From: Candidatus Binatia bacterium
GTDB taxonomy: Bacteria; Desulfobacterota; Binatia; Bin18
NCBI GenBank assembly: GCA_963666315.2
Contig: CAXXHG010000014.1
Location: 64,001-128,000 of the forward strand
DNA: 64,000 nt
Direction: 5' to 3'
Below, in pieces: positions 38,854 to 49,758 of this stretch; positions within the stretch are counted from its first letter, which is position 1, and the number at the start of each line of letters is the position of its first letter. The translations under genes were made by a program, and so were the position numbers. Under the pieces are notes generated by a model. That model searched no databases. It saw nothing but the letters and a program-made list of their open reading frames with translations, and was not told the origin of the DNA.

Positions 38854-39510
38854 ATGAAGATTATATCGTTTGGCGACGTGCACATGGCAACTGCGCAGAT
38901 AGAAAAATTGGCTGGGGAATTAGCCACAGCAGATCTGCTTATTCTCTCAGGAGATCTGACGAATTTTGGGGGCAAGACAGACGCCCAACAGGTCATTCAT
39001 GCTGCCCAGGCGTATTGTTCGTCTGTCCTTGCTCTACCCGGCAACCTCGATCAGCCGGAAGTTGTTGATTTTCTTCAGATGACACGGCTGAGCCTGCACG
39101 GCGAAAGTCGACGCTACGGAGATCTCGTATGCTACGGCTGTGGGGGGTCAAACCTCACACCGTTCCACACTCCACTGGAGTATACGGATGAAACGCTCTG
39201 GCAGCTTCTCCAACAAGCCTCTGCCGACGTTGCGCCTGATACGCTACAGATCATGGTCTGCCACACTCCACCGTATGCCACCAGGGTTGATCGGCTACTC
39301 GACGGCCGGCCGGTCGGTAGCCCGGCTGTCCGACAGTTTATCGTCGAAAAGCAGCCGCAGCTGTGTGTGACCGGCCATATTCATGAGTCATCAGGAGTAG
39401 ACATGATTGGACGAACAAAAATCCTCAATGCCGGCCCTTTTGCAGCAGGAGGGTATATCGTCATGCACTACGAAAACGGCGCGCTTGACGCAGAACTCCG
39501 GTTTGTATGA
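38854..39510 (+). CDS. calcineurin-like metallophosphoesterase
   Basis: DVH, GD, GNLD, HTPP, GHIHE. Confidence 0.9.
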   Translation: MKIISFGDVHMATAQIEKLAGELATADLLILSGDLTNFGGKTDAQQVIHAAQAYCSSVLALPGNLDQPEVVDFLQMTRLSLHGESRRYGDLVCYGCGGSNLTPFHTPLEYTDETLWQLLQQASADVAPDTLQIMVCHTPPYATRVDRLLDGRPVGSPAVRQFIVEKQPQLCVTGHIHESSGVDMIGRTKILNAGPFAAGGYIVMHYENGALDAELRFV

Positions 39511-39544
39511 CCCTCAGCCTGACAAGGCCTCAACCTGACAAGGA

Positions 39545-40210
39545 ATGATTATAACGACTGCCTTTCATCATATCCTCCTCAAAGCAGCCCAGCCCATCTG
39601 GGATGCTATTTTTTCCCACCCTTTCATCAAAGAGCTCGGAGCCGGCACACTGAGCCGCGAACGCTTTCTTTTCTTTGTTCGCCAAGATTATCTGTACTTA
39701 CAAGATTTCGCCCGAGTCTTGTGTTTGGGCGGGGCAAAGGCAGACTCTTTAGACACCCTCCATATGTTCGCCGAACATGCGGCAACCGTGGTCCAGGTTG
39801 AGCGCAATCTTCACACCAGCTGGAGTAAAAAGCTCGGCCTGACAGCGCAGGATTTAGGCCAAGCCGAACGCGCCCCAGTCACGCAAGCCTACACCCGCCA
39901 TCTCCTAGCGGTTGCGCACAGCGGTACACTGGCTGAAATCGTCGCGGCCGTTCTGCCCTGCTATTGGATCTATTGGGAGGTTGGGAAAAAGTTAAATGCT
40001 TCGCCCCCCACAGACCCACTCTATGCAGAATGGACACAAGCCTACAGCCACGAAAGGTTTGGCGCACACGTCCAGCAGCAACTTGACCTTATTGACCGCC
40101 TTGCCCAGGATAGTTTTGTGGGCGAACAGAAACAGTGGGAAGAACACTTTATCCAGAGCAGTCGGTATGAATATCTCTTTTGGGATCAAGCCTATCGGAC
40201 CGATACCTAG
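39545..40210 (+). CDS. tenA: thiaminase II
   Basis: HPFIKEL, QDYLYL, LPCYWIY, YEYLFW. Confidence 0.92.
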   Translation: MIITTAFHHILLKAAQPIWDAIFSHPFIKELGAGTLSRERFLFFVRQDYLYLQDFARVLCLGGAKADSLDTLHMFAEHAATVVQVERNLHTSWSKKLGLTAQDLGQAERAPVTQAYTRHLLAVAHSGTLAEIVAAVLPCYWIYWEVGKKLNASPPTDPLYAEWTQAYSHERFGAHVQQQLDLIDRLAQDSFVGEQKQWEEHFIQSSRYEYLFWDQAYRTDT

Positions 40211-40287
40211 CCGGTGTGATCTGCGCACCGGAGAGAAACGGTGAGGTCGGGACGGGCCCACCCCGACCCGTGATACCACAGCAGAAA

Positions 40288-41664
40288 TCAGAAATGTTTG
40301 AGAGGCGTCTTCCCGATCGGGAAGACATTAAAACCCAGTTCAAATAACTGTCTGTGATCTAAAATGTTACGGCCGTCAAAGAGAAACGCGGGCTGCTCCA
40401 TAGAGGCGAGAATCCGTTCGTAATCGAGATTCCTATACAGGTCCCATTCCGTCATAATGGCAACCGCATGTGCTCCTTTCGCCGCCTTATACGGGTCCGG
40501 TTCAAAGGTCACCCGGTCTGCAATATCCAACAGATCACCCTGTGCATTATCCAGCGCTTTCGGATCGGTCACTACGACGTCGGCCCGCTCCTCGGCTAGG
40601 CCTCGTGCAACATAAATCGCCGGCGATTCACGCGTATCCCCCGTATTGGCCTTAAAAGCAAAGCCAAATAAGGCAATACGTTTCCCGGCAACGGTGTTGA
40701 ACATGCTCTCCAGTATGGTCCGGACAAAACGGTTTTCCTGCCATTCATTAATCTTGACAACCGACTCCCAGTAATCGGCGACCTCGCTCAGACCGTAGCT
40801 TTGACTGATATACACCAGGTTCAGAATATCTTTCTTAAAACACGATCCGCCAAAACCCACGCTTGATTTCAGAAACTTTGGCCCAATGCGTGTATCCTTC
40901 CCAATGGCATAGGCCACTTCGTCCACGTCCGCCTCTGTCTTTTCGCACAAGGCCGAGATCGCGTTAATAGAAGAAATCCGCTGGGCCAGAAACGCATTCG
41001 CGGCCAATTTCGAGAGTTCGGAACTCCACACATTAGACTCAATAATATTCTCTCTCGGCACCCAGTTGGCATAGATATCGACGACGGCTTTCCGGGCTTC
41101 GACACCTTCAGGCGTCTCTTTTGAGCCAACAAGCACGCGATCGGGATTTTCCAGGTCACTGATCGCGCTTCCCTCGGCAAGGAACTCTGGATTGGAGAGT
41201 ACGTCAAAGCGGATATTCTTGGTATTGGCGTTCAAAATCCGCTCCATGGCCTCAGCGGTTCTGACCGGCAAGGTCGACTTTTCTACGACAATTTTGTTAC
41301 GATTTGAATGTTCAAGAATCTGTCGGGCCGTTTTCTCCCAGTACTGCAAATCTGCCGCTCGTCCGGCTCCTTGGCCAAATGTCTTCGTCGGCGTATTGAC
41401 CGACACAAAAATGATGTCAGCGTCATGAATGCCGCGATCCACGTCAGTTGAAAAAAAGAGATTACGGCCCCGTGCTTGCTTGACTACCTCATCAAGGCCG
41501 GGTTCATAAATCGGGAGCTGGTCGCTCTTCCAAGCATCAATACGCGCCTGGTTGATATCGACCACGGTGACCTTGTACTGGGGGCAGCGGGCCGCAATCA
41601 TGGCCATGGTTGGGCCACCAACATAGCCGGCTCCGATACACAAAATATCCTTGGCGAATTCCAC
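40288..41664 (-). CDS. ugd: UDP-glucose 6-dehydrogenase
   Basis: [39 protein letters not shown]; GTG start with GGAGG. Confidence 0.95.
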   Translation of the reverse strand: MEFAKDILCIGAGYVGGPTMAMIAARCPQYKVTVVDINQARIDAWKSDQLPIYEPGLDEVVKQARGRNLFFSTDVDRGIHDADIIFVSVNTPTKTFGQGAGRAADLQYWEKTARQILEHSNRNKIVVEKSTLPVRTAEAMERILNANTKNIRFDVLSNPEFLAEGSAISDLENPDRVLVGSKETPEGVEARKAVVDIYANWVPRENIIESNVWSSELSKLAANAFLAQRISSINAISALCEKTEADVDEVAYAIGKDTRIGPKFLKSSVGFGGSCFKKDILNLVYISQSYGLSEVADYWESVVKINEWQENRFVRTILESMFNTVAGKRIALFGFAFKANTGDTRESPAIYVARGLAEERADVVVTDPKALDNAQGDLLDIADRVTFEPDPYKAAKGAHAVAIMTEWDLYRNLDYERILASMEQPAFLFDGRNILDHRQLFELGFNVFPIGKTPLKHF

Positions 41665-41876
41665 AACGCCTCCTTGGTACACAAAAATAAAGGCAGCTGA
41701 CTCCAAGCTCCCTTGTATCATACCGGACGGAAAGAGGCAGTTGCTACTTGGCTGTCGCTTGGAACTCGGCTCCGCCACAGGGCAGCCTCCCACGGCGGCC
41801 CTTCTTCGTGGTCGTTTTTGCTGGGAAATGCAAGAGAAAAAGAACGAGACAGCACATGACTCGAAGGGCCTTATAC

Positions 41877-42071
41877 AACGTCAGTTCGGGATAAGAGCTG
41901 AAGGAAATCAAGTATTTGTGAAGATTCGACGCGGGGCACTCAGTCTCCAACGAGCTTTTACCAAGGAATTTGCCCATAGAGAGAAAGGGAAGTACCCCTT
42001 CTCCCTGCCCCTCTCGGCACAACCGTTGATCTTACAATGACTTATCAAATTTCTTATCCCGAACTCAGGTT
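41877..42071. mobile_element. MITE (195 bp) with 20-bp imperfect terminal IRs, IS4-like ends
   Basis: AACGTCAGTTCGGGATAAGA (41877-41896) vs TCTTATCCCGAACTCAGGTT (42052-42071), 18/20; weaker subterminal symmetry; family assignment tentative. Confidence 0.7.
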
Positions 42072-42266
42072 AATAAAAGAGGAGAAACACGTTGAAGACG
42101 GTGTTTTTCGTGCCTTCTGACACCGATCCAATGCCGTAGAAGATCTTCGTCGAAACGGGACGCGTCCGGATTCAGGGCTTGATGGGATATTCATGAAAGC
42201 AAGAGTGTAGCGGGAGAAGAAACGAGGCAGAATGGGGGAAACACGGGGCTGTGCTTACAGTGTCTC

Positions 42267-44003
42267 TTAATCAGATTCTCTTCTTACCAACCGCAAACTC
42301 CGCAATCGATTCAACGCGGCAGCGATCTCAAACCGCCGGGCGCGGGCGCGGTCACCGAAGCCTCGATCGGGAATGGTATCAAGACCATCTTTTTCGATCT
42401 GTTCGTCAATCCGATCGAGCAATTCAGTAATACTCTTCTTCCCGTCACACAGCCCACGCGAGCATTGCAACAGCACATCGCCGATCATACGACATTGAGC
42501 AGCATCAACGAGTTGATACAACAATGAGACATCAATCTCTTCGCTGCCAAACTCGATCGCTCGGGTTTTCACACTCCGCACCCATTCCTTTTTGCGCCCC
42601 CGACTAGGGTCGAGACTGCGTGGGTCGGGCAGACGTGGCTTTGATTCGAGCCATATCCCTGGAGCTTGAGGGCCAGAGTCTTTTTGGGGCAGTTCCCGCG
42701 CGATTTCTCGTGCACGATCCGTGACATTTTTTGGCCGATACTCGTCCATTCGGATTACCGTATCAACAACATCAAGGTAATCGCCGGCGCCACCGACAAC
42801 AAGAATAGACGAGACGTGCTTTTCTTCCCACAGCTGACGCACCCGATCGAGATACGGCGTGATCGGTTCTTTCTCACTCGGCACTAGACGCCGCATGCGT
42901 GCATCGCGAATCATAAAATTCGTGGCAGCGGTATCTTCGTCAATAAGCAACGCAGTCGCACCAACCTCAAGGGATTCAATAATGGCTGCAGCCTGAGACG
43001 TACTGCCCGAGGCGTCATCAGTATCAAACCAATCCGTTTTTCGACCAAGCGGCAAGGCGTTGATAAACGGTCGCAAATCGACTCCGCGGACTGAGCGGCC
43101 ATCTTCTGCTCGTATACTCACCGCACTGGCCGTTGTCACACATCGACTCCGGCCGTCACCGGGAATATGGTCATACACACCATTCGCCACAGCCGAGAGC
43201 AAGGTTGATTTTCCGTGATAGCCACCACCGGCAATGAGCGTCACACCAACCCGAATCCCCAGACCACGCAGCCTGCCCGCATGTGGAGCGTCCAGTTCAC
43301 AGGCGAGGGCTTCCGGTACAGTGAGGGGAAGGGCTTCGTCCATCGGCCGGTCATCCGCCCCACTACGGCGGGGTAAGACACTGCCCTCAGTTAAAAAGGC
43401 CACCAAGCCATTTTCCTTGAACCGCTGACGTAGGGCGACTTGATCTTCGACGCAGTGCACGTGGTGTCGTAGCCCACAAAGATCTAACTCATCAAAAACG
43501 CTGTTCAAAACATCCGGAAGGCGACGTGTGAGAAGCTGAGCGGCTTCTCGCCCCAGGATACGTCGTCCTGCTGCAGGCAGTCCTACGCTCAATCGGACTC
43601 TCAGGGCTCCGTCCGTGCTGACAAGTACGGCCGTCCGCTCTAGTACCTGCTGGCCGACGGTCATGATTTCGAGCAGACCGCTCTTGCCACTGCCCAGCTT
43701 ACCCCGCACGGAGGACAATTGACGAAGAAAGACGCGGTGTACAAAATCAGCGCTCGCTCGCCGCGCGTCAGTCCCGGCAGAGGACCAGTCCGGAAGTTTG
43801 CCTCGGTCCGCCGGAATATCAATGCGAATTCGACTAGGCGAGGCAAAAGGGTCGCCCTGGATATGGTCAAAATTCAATCGATATGGACCCAGCGCATACG
43901 ACCGTCCGCGCAAGTCTTTATAAAACCCGTACGGGCGCCCATCGATGCGTTCTACATCGCGGCCCAAATCGGCTTGGAGTTCAGCCATGCTCTTCCACCT
44001 CAA
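42267..44003 (-). CDS. ABC-class ATPase domain protein (ABC_ATPase / MRB1590-like)
   Basis: QGDPFASPS, GGGYHGKST, IRAEDGR, ASGSTSQAA, IDEDTAATNFM, EIAAALNRLR. Confidence 0.88.
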   Translation of the reverse strand: MRWKSMAELQADLGRDVERIDGRPYGFYKDLRGRSYALGPYRLNFDHIQGDPFASPSRIRIDIPADRGKLPDWSSAGTDARRASADFVHRVFLRQLSSVRGKLGSGKSGLLEIMTVGQQVLERTAVLVSTDGALRVRLSVGLPAAGRRILGREAAQLLTRRLPDVLNSVFDELDLCGLRHHVHCVEDQVALRQRFKENGLVAFLTEGSVLPRRSGADDRPMDEALPLTVPEALACELDAPHAGRLRGLGIRVGVTLIAGGGYHGKSTLLSAVANGVYDHIPGDGRSRCVTTASAVSIRAEDGRSVRGVDLRPFINALPLGRKTDWFDTDDASGSTSQAAAIIESLEVGATALLIDEDTAATNFMIRDARMRRLVPSEKEPITPYLDRVRQLWEEKHVSSILVVGGAGDYLDVVDTVIRMDEYRPKNVTDRAREIARELPQKDSGPQAPGIWLESKPRLPDPRSLDPSRGRKKEWVRSVKTRAIEFGSEEIDVSLLYQLVDAAQCRMIGDVLLQCSRGLCDGKKSITELLDRIDEQIEKDGLDTIPDRGFGDRARARRFEIAAALNRLRSLRLVRRESD

Positions 44004-44189
44004 GCGAAAATCAGGCGGCGGGCGACAACACCATCGTCATCGCCATTGTTATGGCCATCGTTATGGCAAGAAGGTATGCAGGAAGAGTAAGAGGAGAACA
44101 AGGCCGGTTGTTTCAGGGTTTGGTATAAAAAAGGGAAGGAGCTGTCGCCTTCCCTTAGAGGGCTTGATTTCTTTCATGCATTACCGGCA

Positions 44190-44867
44190 TTACTGCAGCA
44201 TGGCGTCCCAGCCCTTCCAATACAGCTCAGCCACACAGCCGGCTTCTTTGAGAAATTCCTGATGATCACGCTCTGAAGTCATGAGCCGCTTGATCATTTT
44301 CTTTCCAACTTCAGCATGTTCTCTGTCCGCCTCAATATGACCCGAGAAGAAACGTAGCTGATCCGGCTTCATATCGTAGTGCTTGAGAAATCCTTCCAGC
44401 ATTTTTTCACACGCCTGAGAAAAGCTGCCTTCAAGCATACCAATCGCGCCTGCGTAGCGTGCTTTATGTGTCATCAGGATCCAGAAGTAAGCGTTCATGG
44501 CGCGTGAGGCAGGCGAGGCGCTGGACTCCTCTAGCTCAGCCCGTGACAAGCCGAGGGCCTGTTCCCAAAACTCAAATAGCAATTCCGTATGACTGGTCGT
44601 CTGTGTATAGAGGCCCATGGCTTCTTCGGCAAAGTTTTCTGCCATCAACTCGGCACCTTCTTTGTCTATATTACGCATGCTGATATAGCCTTGGGCCACA
44701 TATCCTCCAGAGTCTCGGACGGTCATTTCATAGTGCTCAACCGCAAATCGCTTGATCTGGTCTGTAGTAGCCGTACCTGCGTGGATCGCATTGACTAGAG
44801 GATGATGACTAATGTCAAATTCACTGGAGATCTTGCCAATCTCCTGCCAAAATGTTTGCGTATCCAT
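44190..44867 (-). CDS. heme-oxygenase-like diiron oxidase (PqqC/CADD-like)
   Basis: HPL, ENFAEE...H, E, HIEADREH; AGGAGG RBS. Confidence 0.8.
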   Translation of the reverse strand: MDTQTFWQEIGKISSEFDISHHPLVNAIHAGTATTDQIKRFAVEHYEMTVRDSGGYVAQGYISMRNIDKEGAELMAENFAEEAMGLYTQTTSHTELLFEFWEQALGLSRAELEESSASPASRAMNAYFWILMTHKARYAGAIGMLEGSFSQACEKMLEGFLKHYDMKPDQLRFFSGHIEADREHAEVGKKMIKRLMTSERDHQEFLKEAGCVAELYWKGWDAMLQ

Positions 44868-44989
44868 AGACCCTCCTGTGTTGCTTCCCCTCAAAAAGAT
44901 AAGGGCGCTGTTGCCAGCGCCCTTCTTACTTCTGTCAGATGTGAAAGGCAAGAGACAAACGTCCCCTGCCGCAGTATCGAGTTTCCGAG

Positions 44990-46684
44990 CTACGCACCGT
45001 GCCGCAGCAGCTTGCCAGGGATCGCACCGGTGTTCTTGTCGTTCTCCAGCGTCACTTCGCCGTTCACCAGCACTGCTCGGTAGCCTTTGGCCTTCTGCAC
45101 CCGCCGCCATTCTTTACCCGGCAGGTCATGGACAACTTCCATAGGCAGGACTTCAAGATTGTCGTAGTCATAGACCACGATATCGGCCGGTGCACCTTCG
45201 CGTAGCGTGCCACGATCTTTAAAGCCTGCGCACGCGGCCGGCATGGCACTCAGACGCCAGTGAGCTTCTTCGAGACCCATCATATTGTGGCCACGAACAA
45301 TCCGGGTGATAACTTCGGTTGAATAGCGCCCACCACAGAAGAACTTGGTATGAGCCCCACCATCCGATACACCAAACAGCGTTGTTTCCGGGGTGATGAG
45401 TTCTTTGAGGTGTTCAATCTTCTCACCAATAGACGGTCCATAGAACGTCGTGGCCATGTCATCCGCCACAGCTAGGTCGAGCATGGCATCCACCGGATGT
45501 TTGCCTTCCCGCTCTCCGACTTCACGCAAAGTCAGATTCTCCAGGTGCTTCATGTCTTCGCGTTTTACCTCAAGGACCATGATGTCGTCAAACGAACTCG
45601 TGACCGCCCCGGTGGGATCGTTCTTTAAGGACGCCCGACGGGTAGGGTCAGCCAGCTTGGCTTTCCGTTCTTCAACCGTTCCCAACGTGGCCTCACGCCA
45701 GGCAGGATCGTCATCCCACAAATTCCAGTCCTGGAAGGTAAAAGTAAAGCCGGCATCGGTCGTCAGCCCTTGACCATAGATGCGCAGGCCTTTTTGGCGG
45801 CAGCGCTCGATCCAGTCTAAGAGATGGCGGTGGCGTTCGGGATACCTGTCACTGGCTTGGATGACGTTGTAGAGAATCGGCCGACCGCTGGCCTCAGCCA
45901 GCTCTTCAAAACTGTTCTCGATTTCATCATAGCCCGCCACAGTCGGAATGAGCGTCATTTGGATAAAACCCTCATTCCTATCAGCGAGTACTTTGGCAAA
46001 TTCGAGGCAGGTTTCCTGGTGCATGATGTCCGTCGGCATAGGCGTACCGTCATAGTCACATTGTACGCTGTCATGCCCCAAGCGCTGGGCTGACCAGCCA
46101 CAGCCGCCGGCATCCATGCCTTCGTGTAACAACTGGGCCATCTTCCGATGCTCGTCATCTGTCGGCATCCGACCCGATTTCGCCCCCTCACGCCCCATGA
46201 CCCACACCATCAGGGGTGCAATCGGCATATACGGCAGGATGTTCAAGCCTTTTGGTGTCCGATCCACACTGTCCAAGAATTCCGGAAAGGTGACCCAATC
46301 CCACGGCATGCCTGCCTTCATCGAGTCGTAGGGAATAGCTTCAGTTCGGGTCATGGTCAGCATCGCCCGTTCTTGGTCTTCTGGCGGCACCGGCGCAAAG
46401 CCAAACCCGCAGTTGCCTATGACAACGGAGGTGATGCCGTGCCAGCCCGAAATTGTCAGATACGGATCCCAAAACAGCTGGGCGTCGTAGTGCGTATGCA
46501 GATCAATGAATCCCGGCACGACCATATGGCCTTCCGCATCCAAGGTTTTCGTCCCTTGATGGGATTGCAGGCGGCCGATTTTGGCAATCTTGCCGTCTTT
46601 GACACCAATGTCCGCCTTGTAGCGCGGCAGTCGCGTCCCATCGATGACCATTCCACCTTTGATAACAAGATCAAATTCCGGCAT
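44990..46684 (-). CDS. amidohydrolase, N-acyl-D-amino-acid deacylase family
   Basis: PGFIDLHTHYD, GNCG, SDGGAH, RGTLREGAPADIVV. Confidence 0.92.
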   Translation of the reverse strand: MPEFDLVIKGGMVIDGTRLPRYKADIGVKDGKIAKIGRLQSHQGTKTLDAEGHMVVPGFIDLHTHYDAQLFWDPYLTISGWHGITSVVIGNCGFGFAPVPPEDQERAMLTMTRTEAIPYDSMKAGMPWDWVTFPEFLDSVDRTPKGLNILPYMPIAPLMVWVMGREGAKSGRMPTDDEHRKMAQLLHEGMDAGGCGWSAQRLGHDSVQCDYDGTPMPTDIMHQETCLEFAKVLADRNEGFIQMTLIPTVAGYDEIENSFEELAEASGRPILYNVIQASDRYPERHRHLLDWIERCRQKGLRIYGQGLTTDAGFTFTFQDWNLWDDDPAWREATLGTVEERKAKLADPTRRASLKNDPTGAVTSSFDDIMVLEVKREDMKHLENLTLREVGEREGKHPVDAMLDLAVADDMATTFYGPSIGEKIEHLKELITPETTLFGVSDGGAHTKFFCGGRYSTEVITRIVRGHNMMGLEEAHWRLSAMPAACAGFKDRGTLREGAPADIVVYDYDNLEVLPMEVVHDLPGKEWRRVQKAKGYRAVLVNGEVTLENDKNTGAIPGKLLRHGA

Positions 46685-46937
46685 AACATCCCTCCTTAGA
46701 AATTGAGAATTTTTGCGCGGGGTTCCGTCAGTCAAACCGAGGCTTTCCCGATCTATACTGCCAAAACCAGTTGGTCACAAGGCTTGAGGAAAGAAAATAT
46801 TCACAGCTTTCTCCTCCCTGTCACACCCCTCAATCTCAAGTGGAGACCAGTTGATAAAGAGCAGCAGACCCGAGGAGATACGGATGAGAGAGCGGCGGTC
46901 TGGCTAGGCAGCCCAACAGAACGGCTGGGTCATATCC

Positions 46938-49697
46938 CTACTCAAACAATTGGGTCCGAATATGCCGCTGATAAATCTTGGGCAGCTCTAACGGCAAGGA
47001 CGGAATATCCTCAAGTACCATATAGCGCGATGGAGCACACATCTCGCGCAGATAGTCATGGCCGCCTTTATCAATAGTCAGACAGAACGACATAATATTC
47101 TCTCGTTCTGCTTCCCGCAGGGCCATCATGGTATCGCGCAGTCCGTACATGGGCGCGTTCTCATCTCGCCCATAGTCAGCGTCTTCCGGGCAACCATCAC
47201 TCAGCAACACCAACAGCTTGGCACGGCTGGCAACGTCTTTAAGCTTCCGGGTGGCATGCCGCACGGCAGCGCCCATCCGGGTACTCCGTTGCGGCTCCAA
47301 CCCGCTGATGCGGCCTTTGACATCATCCGATAGCTTTTCGTCAAACGCTTTGACCGGATAGATCTCGATATTGTGCCGCCCCGCACTTGAAAAACCATAG
47401 ATGGCATACGCATCACCGATTTCTTCTAGTGCGACAGACAACACCACTACAGCTTCTTTGAGCATATCAATGACCCGTGCGCCACTGGTCTCACTATCTC
47501 CCGCCTCTGTTTCCTTTTGAATCCTCGTGTCAGTGGAAGCACTCAGATCTAACAGAAACAGGGCGGCCACATCACGTTGCCTGGGCTGCCTGGCCGCGTA
47601 GAGGCGCGTCGACGGCGCAACCCCTGTGCGCAGATCGACCCGGGCAGCGACTGCTGCATCCAGGTCGATCACTTCCCCATCTTCCAGCCCCTTCACCAGC
47701 CGGTATAGCTTAGGGCGCAGTTGTTGGAACTCACGCTTAATGTTGGGAATGACCTCAGCATAGCGTGCGAGCGTCGTGTCAAAGAATCCGCCCATGTCGC
47801 TGGCTAACGGAACCTCGTGCAACTCGCACCAACGGGCGCGGTAATCCTCAATCAAAAAATCCCACTCGTCATATAAATAGCGGACGCCGACTACAGACTG
47901 GCGACGACGCAGTTGCTCTTTTTTGTGTTCTTCCTGTTCGGCTTCGTCGTCTTCCTCACACAACGCATCTAGCGCATCCAGCGGCATGCCGTGGATCGAG
48001 GCCGGCCGGGTCTGTCTTATCTTCTTCTTATTCTGATGTTGGCGCAGCGTCAGAATGATCCGTTTCAGAATAGCCTGCTCTCGTTCAGATAGCTCGGGAT
48101 CCACCGTCTTCTGCATCATATTGTCCGCTGCGCCATCCATGCTATCGTCCGCATCTTTTCGCCCCCTCGATAATTGCGCCGCATACTCGGACAGCGAAGA
48201 ATACAACTCAGTGGCCATAAGAAGAGAGACTGCTACGGTCGCATCTTGCTCCCAACCCGGCTTCAGGACGGCGTTCAGGTACGGCAAGACCGACTGGATA
48301 AGGGCGGGCAAGATGCGCGTCTGCGCCGCCGCCCAAGCAAGGTCTTTTTGCAATCCGTGATAGGCCTCAGCCAGACAGACGGCAATCCGTTGGCCTTCGA
48401 CGAACATAAACAGCGCCTCAATTTGTTCGGGGTTGGCAAAGAGTTTGAAATACGCAGCAAGATCCTGCGGGGGATGATCATCCGCACCGGCCCGCTCATG
48501 CACATAGGTCGGCACCTGCGGCCAGATGTCCGCAACAGACAGCGCATACGTGCCAAACTCGACCCGACCAGCCTGGTGGGCGGCCAGCACGCAGTACAAC
48601 CGGAAGTTCTCCTCAAAGGTTGAAAAGAGATCAATCTCAGCCGGCAACGGCAGGAATTCATCTTCCTCATCAACGATGGCCAGCGGTGGCGGAAAAGACA
48701 GCTCGGCGATTTCTTGAATGCTGACGGCTTGCCCGCACAACATGTGCATAAATTTGACTAATACGCTGTGCACTTCAGCCAGCAACACTACGGGAGACTC
48801 ATGCCGCAGCACTTGGAAACTCGTCCGCGATTCCAGGGTAAAAAAGGCTTCGGCCGCTTGCGGATTGCGCTGCGCAATCTCTTCTCCGGCTTGAATCCAG
48901 GTGAGAACCCCGGCTGTCCCAACCTCTTCATACGCTCGCGACAGTGTCCGAAAGAGCCGGGCAATAGCGGCAGGAAAAATACGAGCCAGTTCGGCAATGC
49001 GCTCGAGTACAGACAGCTGGCTGTCCTGTGCTAAGCCGGCAAGCGTGGGCCCAAGAAAAGGGATCACGCTGGGCAACGGCTCTGGATCAAAGGACGCAGC
49101 GGGTTGGAGGCAACGGAGTAAAGCCTGCCGAAGCGGCACGGACACATGGGCCAGAATTTGGGGCAGGGCATGATAAATACCGGCCGCAGCATGACGTGAA
49201 TGGTAGACGGCAGATCGACCCAGACGATAGACACTGAGCCGTTCCGCACGATCCAGCGCGCTGAGTCCGTCGGGCAGACGCGCGAAATCCTCTGCCCCGT
49301 TGATCGATTCAATATCCAGCAGAAAACGGATCCATTCGGACATCTCCGGCCGGGTCAAAACCCGCAGCAGCGCCGGAGTTGCCGCAAACATAGCGTTGGA
49401 GAGCGTAGCGCCACGCTCTCCAACCGTTTTGCAAACATGCAGACCTTGTTGGACCCATTCTTGGAGGAGCTCTGCGTCCAGCCATTCCTGCACAACCGGC
49501 TGCTCTACCTGAGCCAACGCATCGAGTAGGGTCGCGTGCTGCGCCGGAGACAATCCGTCTAGGGCCGCCTGAAACTGCTGCTGACTCTTTTCTTCAAGAG
49601 CGTACGGGTCGAAAGGTGTTATGGTCATGTCTTTCCTAGACATCTCAGCAATCGGCCGTGCGCGGGCACAAAATGATACTCTGCTGTATCGGAGCAC
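46938..49697 (-). CDS. NorD/CbbO-like von Willebrand A protein
   Basis: YDEWD, LLDLSAST MIDAS, TRMGAAVRHA, LSDGCPED; start may be 49628. Confidence 0.85.
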   Translation of the reverse strand: MLRYSRVSFCARARPIAEMSRKDMTITPFDPYALEEKSQQQFQAALDGLSPAQHATLLDALAQVEQPVVQEWLDAELLQEWVQQGLHVCKTVGERGATLSNAMFAATPALLRVLTRPEMSEWIRFLLDIESINGAEDFARLPDGLSALDRAERLSVYRLGRSAVYHSRHAAAGIYHALPQILAHVSVPLRQALLRCLQPAASFDPEPLPSVIPFLGPTLAGLAQDSQLSVLERIAELARIFPAAIARLFRTLSRAYEEVGTAGVLTWIQAGEEIAQRNPQAAEAFFTLESRTSFQVLRHESPVVLLAEVHSVLVKFMHMLCGQAVSIQEIAELSFPPPLAIVDEEDEFLPLPAEIDLFSTFEENFRLYCVLAAHQAGRVEFGTYALSVADIWPQVPTYVHERAGADDHPPQDLAAYFKLFANPEQIEALFMFVEGQRIAVCLAEAYHGLQKDLAWAAAQTRILPALIQSVLPYLNAVLKPGWEQDATVAVSLLMATELYSSLSEYAAQLSRGRKDADDSMDGAADNMMQKTVDPELSEREQAILKRIILTLRQHQNKKKIRQTRPASIHGMPLDALDALCEEDDEAEQEEHKKEQLRRRQSVVGVRYLYDEWDFLIEDYRARWCELHEVPLASDMGGFFDTTLARYAEVIPNIKREFQQLRPKLYRLVKGLEDGEVIDLDAAVAARVDLRTGVAPSTRLYAARQPRQRDVAALFLLDLSASTDTRIQKETEAGDSETSGARVIDMLKEAVVVLSVALEEIGDAYAIYGFSSAGRHNIEIYPVKAFDEKLSDDVKGRISGLEPQRSTRMGAAVRHATRKLKDVASRAKLLVLLSDGCPEDADYGRDENAPMYGLRDTMMALREAERENIMSFCLTIDKGGHDYLREMCAPSRYMVLEDIPSLPLELPKIYQRHIRTQLFE

Positions 49698-49758
49698 GAC
49701 TCAGAGATCAAGCGAGAACGCACGCGGTCCACGGGTGAGTAACACGTGGACACAGGGG

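Noticed and set aside
43945-44262. His-rich + strand ORF (QHHRHRHCYGHRYG) as a metal-binding peptide
   Set aside because: It arises from a 12-bp tandem repeat and overlaps opposite-strand genes; no RBS.
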